Assembly (NCBI GenBank): GCA_950097015.1 | Contig: CATNEN010000038.1 | Location: 434,001 to 498,000, forward strand | DNA length: 64,000 nt | Source: Macrostomum hystrix | Taxonomy: Eukaryota; Animalia; Platyhelminthes | Direction of reading: 5' to 3' | Shown: piece by piece, positions 63,066 to 64,000 of the stretch | How positions within the stretch are numbered: position 1 is the stretch's first letter | Layout of the letters: every line of letters starts with the position of its first letter | The notes under the pieces: model-generated | The model's input: the letters and a program-made list of their open reading frames with translations, nothing else | What the model was told of the DNA's origin: nothing | Databases searched by the model: none | Made by a program: the position numbers and the translations under genes

Positions 63066-63310
63066 ACTAACAGGTAGTTAGACACCCACTGTCTAACAGG
63101 TAGTTAGACACCCTCTGTCTAACAGGTAGTTAGACACCCACTGTCTAACAGGTAATTTGACACCCTCTGTCTAACAGGTAGTTAGACTCCCTCTGTCTAA
63201 TAGGTAGTTAGACATCCACTGTCTAACAGGTAGTTAGGGACACTCTGTCTAACAGGTAGTTAGGGACCCTCTGTCTAACAGGTAGTTAGGCACCCTCTGT
63301 CTAACAGGTA
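63066..63310 (-). repeat. Inverted copy of the same 26-27-bp minisatellite, right arm
   Basis: CTAACAGGTAGTTAGACACCCACTGT is the reverse complement of units in the 62.0-62.6k array. Confidence 0.95.
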
Positions 63311-63829
63311 CTTTGTCAGCCACTGTTAGACGAACGCATTAAGTCCAATTCTCCCATCTCTGTTATTCGGGTGGGGCAACTAAAGCTGGGAAGACACTCT
63401 GGAGATGCCCTTTGGGGATTTGAGTATTGAAAGGCGACACCCATGGAGATTAGCGCCTCGCCCTGCCGTCCTGCCTTGACGAGAAATTAATTATGAAAGA
63501 ATTAAAGAAATGAACAGCGCATTTTCTGATTTCCCTGCAGACAAAGATTAATGTCGAATTAATATATCGTTCAAATTATCTACTTTTCTCTCGTCAGCAA
63601 TATTTATTTGACATAGATTCACCGTTTGACGATTCGTCCAATCAGAAACGGCGACGTTAACCCCTCTTACCCTTTCCAATCAGCCCAGCCAATAGGAGAT
63701 TGACAACGGCTCTAGAATGGAACCTGAGGTCGATCAATCCTCAAACCGAACCGACTGAAATCAGTAGATGGTCGATCCAGTCGCTTAGAAACGCCGAGAC
63801 ATCTCACCCCTGTCCTTCCCACCGGGAAA

Positions 63830-64000
63830 GGGGGTCGGTGGCAGAGCGGTTCACGCGTTTGCCTCTCGCACCACGGTCCTAAGTTCGATTCCACTGCGAG
63901 GCCACATTTATTTGGGGCGCAGCCGCGGAGATAAGGCTTGAGGGCTTGTCGTGCAATTTACGCCCTTGTGGGCCAACCTCCAAGGCACAGTGAAATGTAC
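63830..64000 (+). mobile_element. SINE family B 5' part (cut by window edge)
   Basis: GGGGTCGGTGGCAGAGCGGTT (A box) and AGTTCGATTCC (B box). Body matches the other family B copies. Confidence 0.8.

Overview
This is eukaryotic (metazoan) genomic DNA, not prokaryotic. Innexin, GC-rich poly-Q exons and minisatellite-packed introns suggest a flatworm such as Macrostomum, but that is an inference. Five spliced genes could be reconstructed by hand, with reading frames that stay consistent across splice sites: (1) the first coding exon of an innexin (-, runs off the left edge); (2) a two-exon orphan two-TM protein with a long disordered tail (+); (3) a BET-family double-bromodomain gene with BD1, BD2, ET and SEED, including a GC-AG intron (+); (4) an 11-exon BPTF/NURF301 gene (-) convergent with the BET gene; (5) nine exons of a receptor guanylate cyclase (+, runs off the right edge). 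Mobile DNA includes an internally deleted maT-like Tc1/mariner element with perfect 27-bp TIRs and D38D spacing, a 5'-truncated RNase H-bearing LINE with a 12-bp TSD, two tRNA-derived SINE families (one CORE-like) and a palindromic MITE-like element. The most striking unexplained pattern is that most introns carry their own private minisatellite, often starting within about 4-30 nt of the 5' splice site. Several of these repeat units copy splice-signal sequence, and most BPTF introns have short direct repeats around GT at both boundaries. All coordinates and counts were derived by eye and need computational confirmation.
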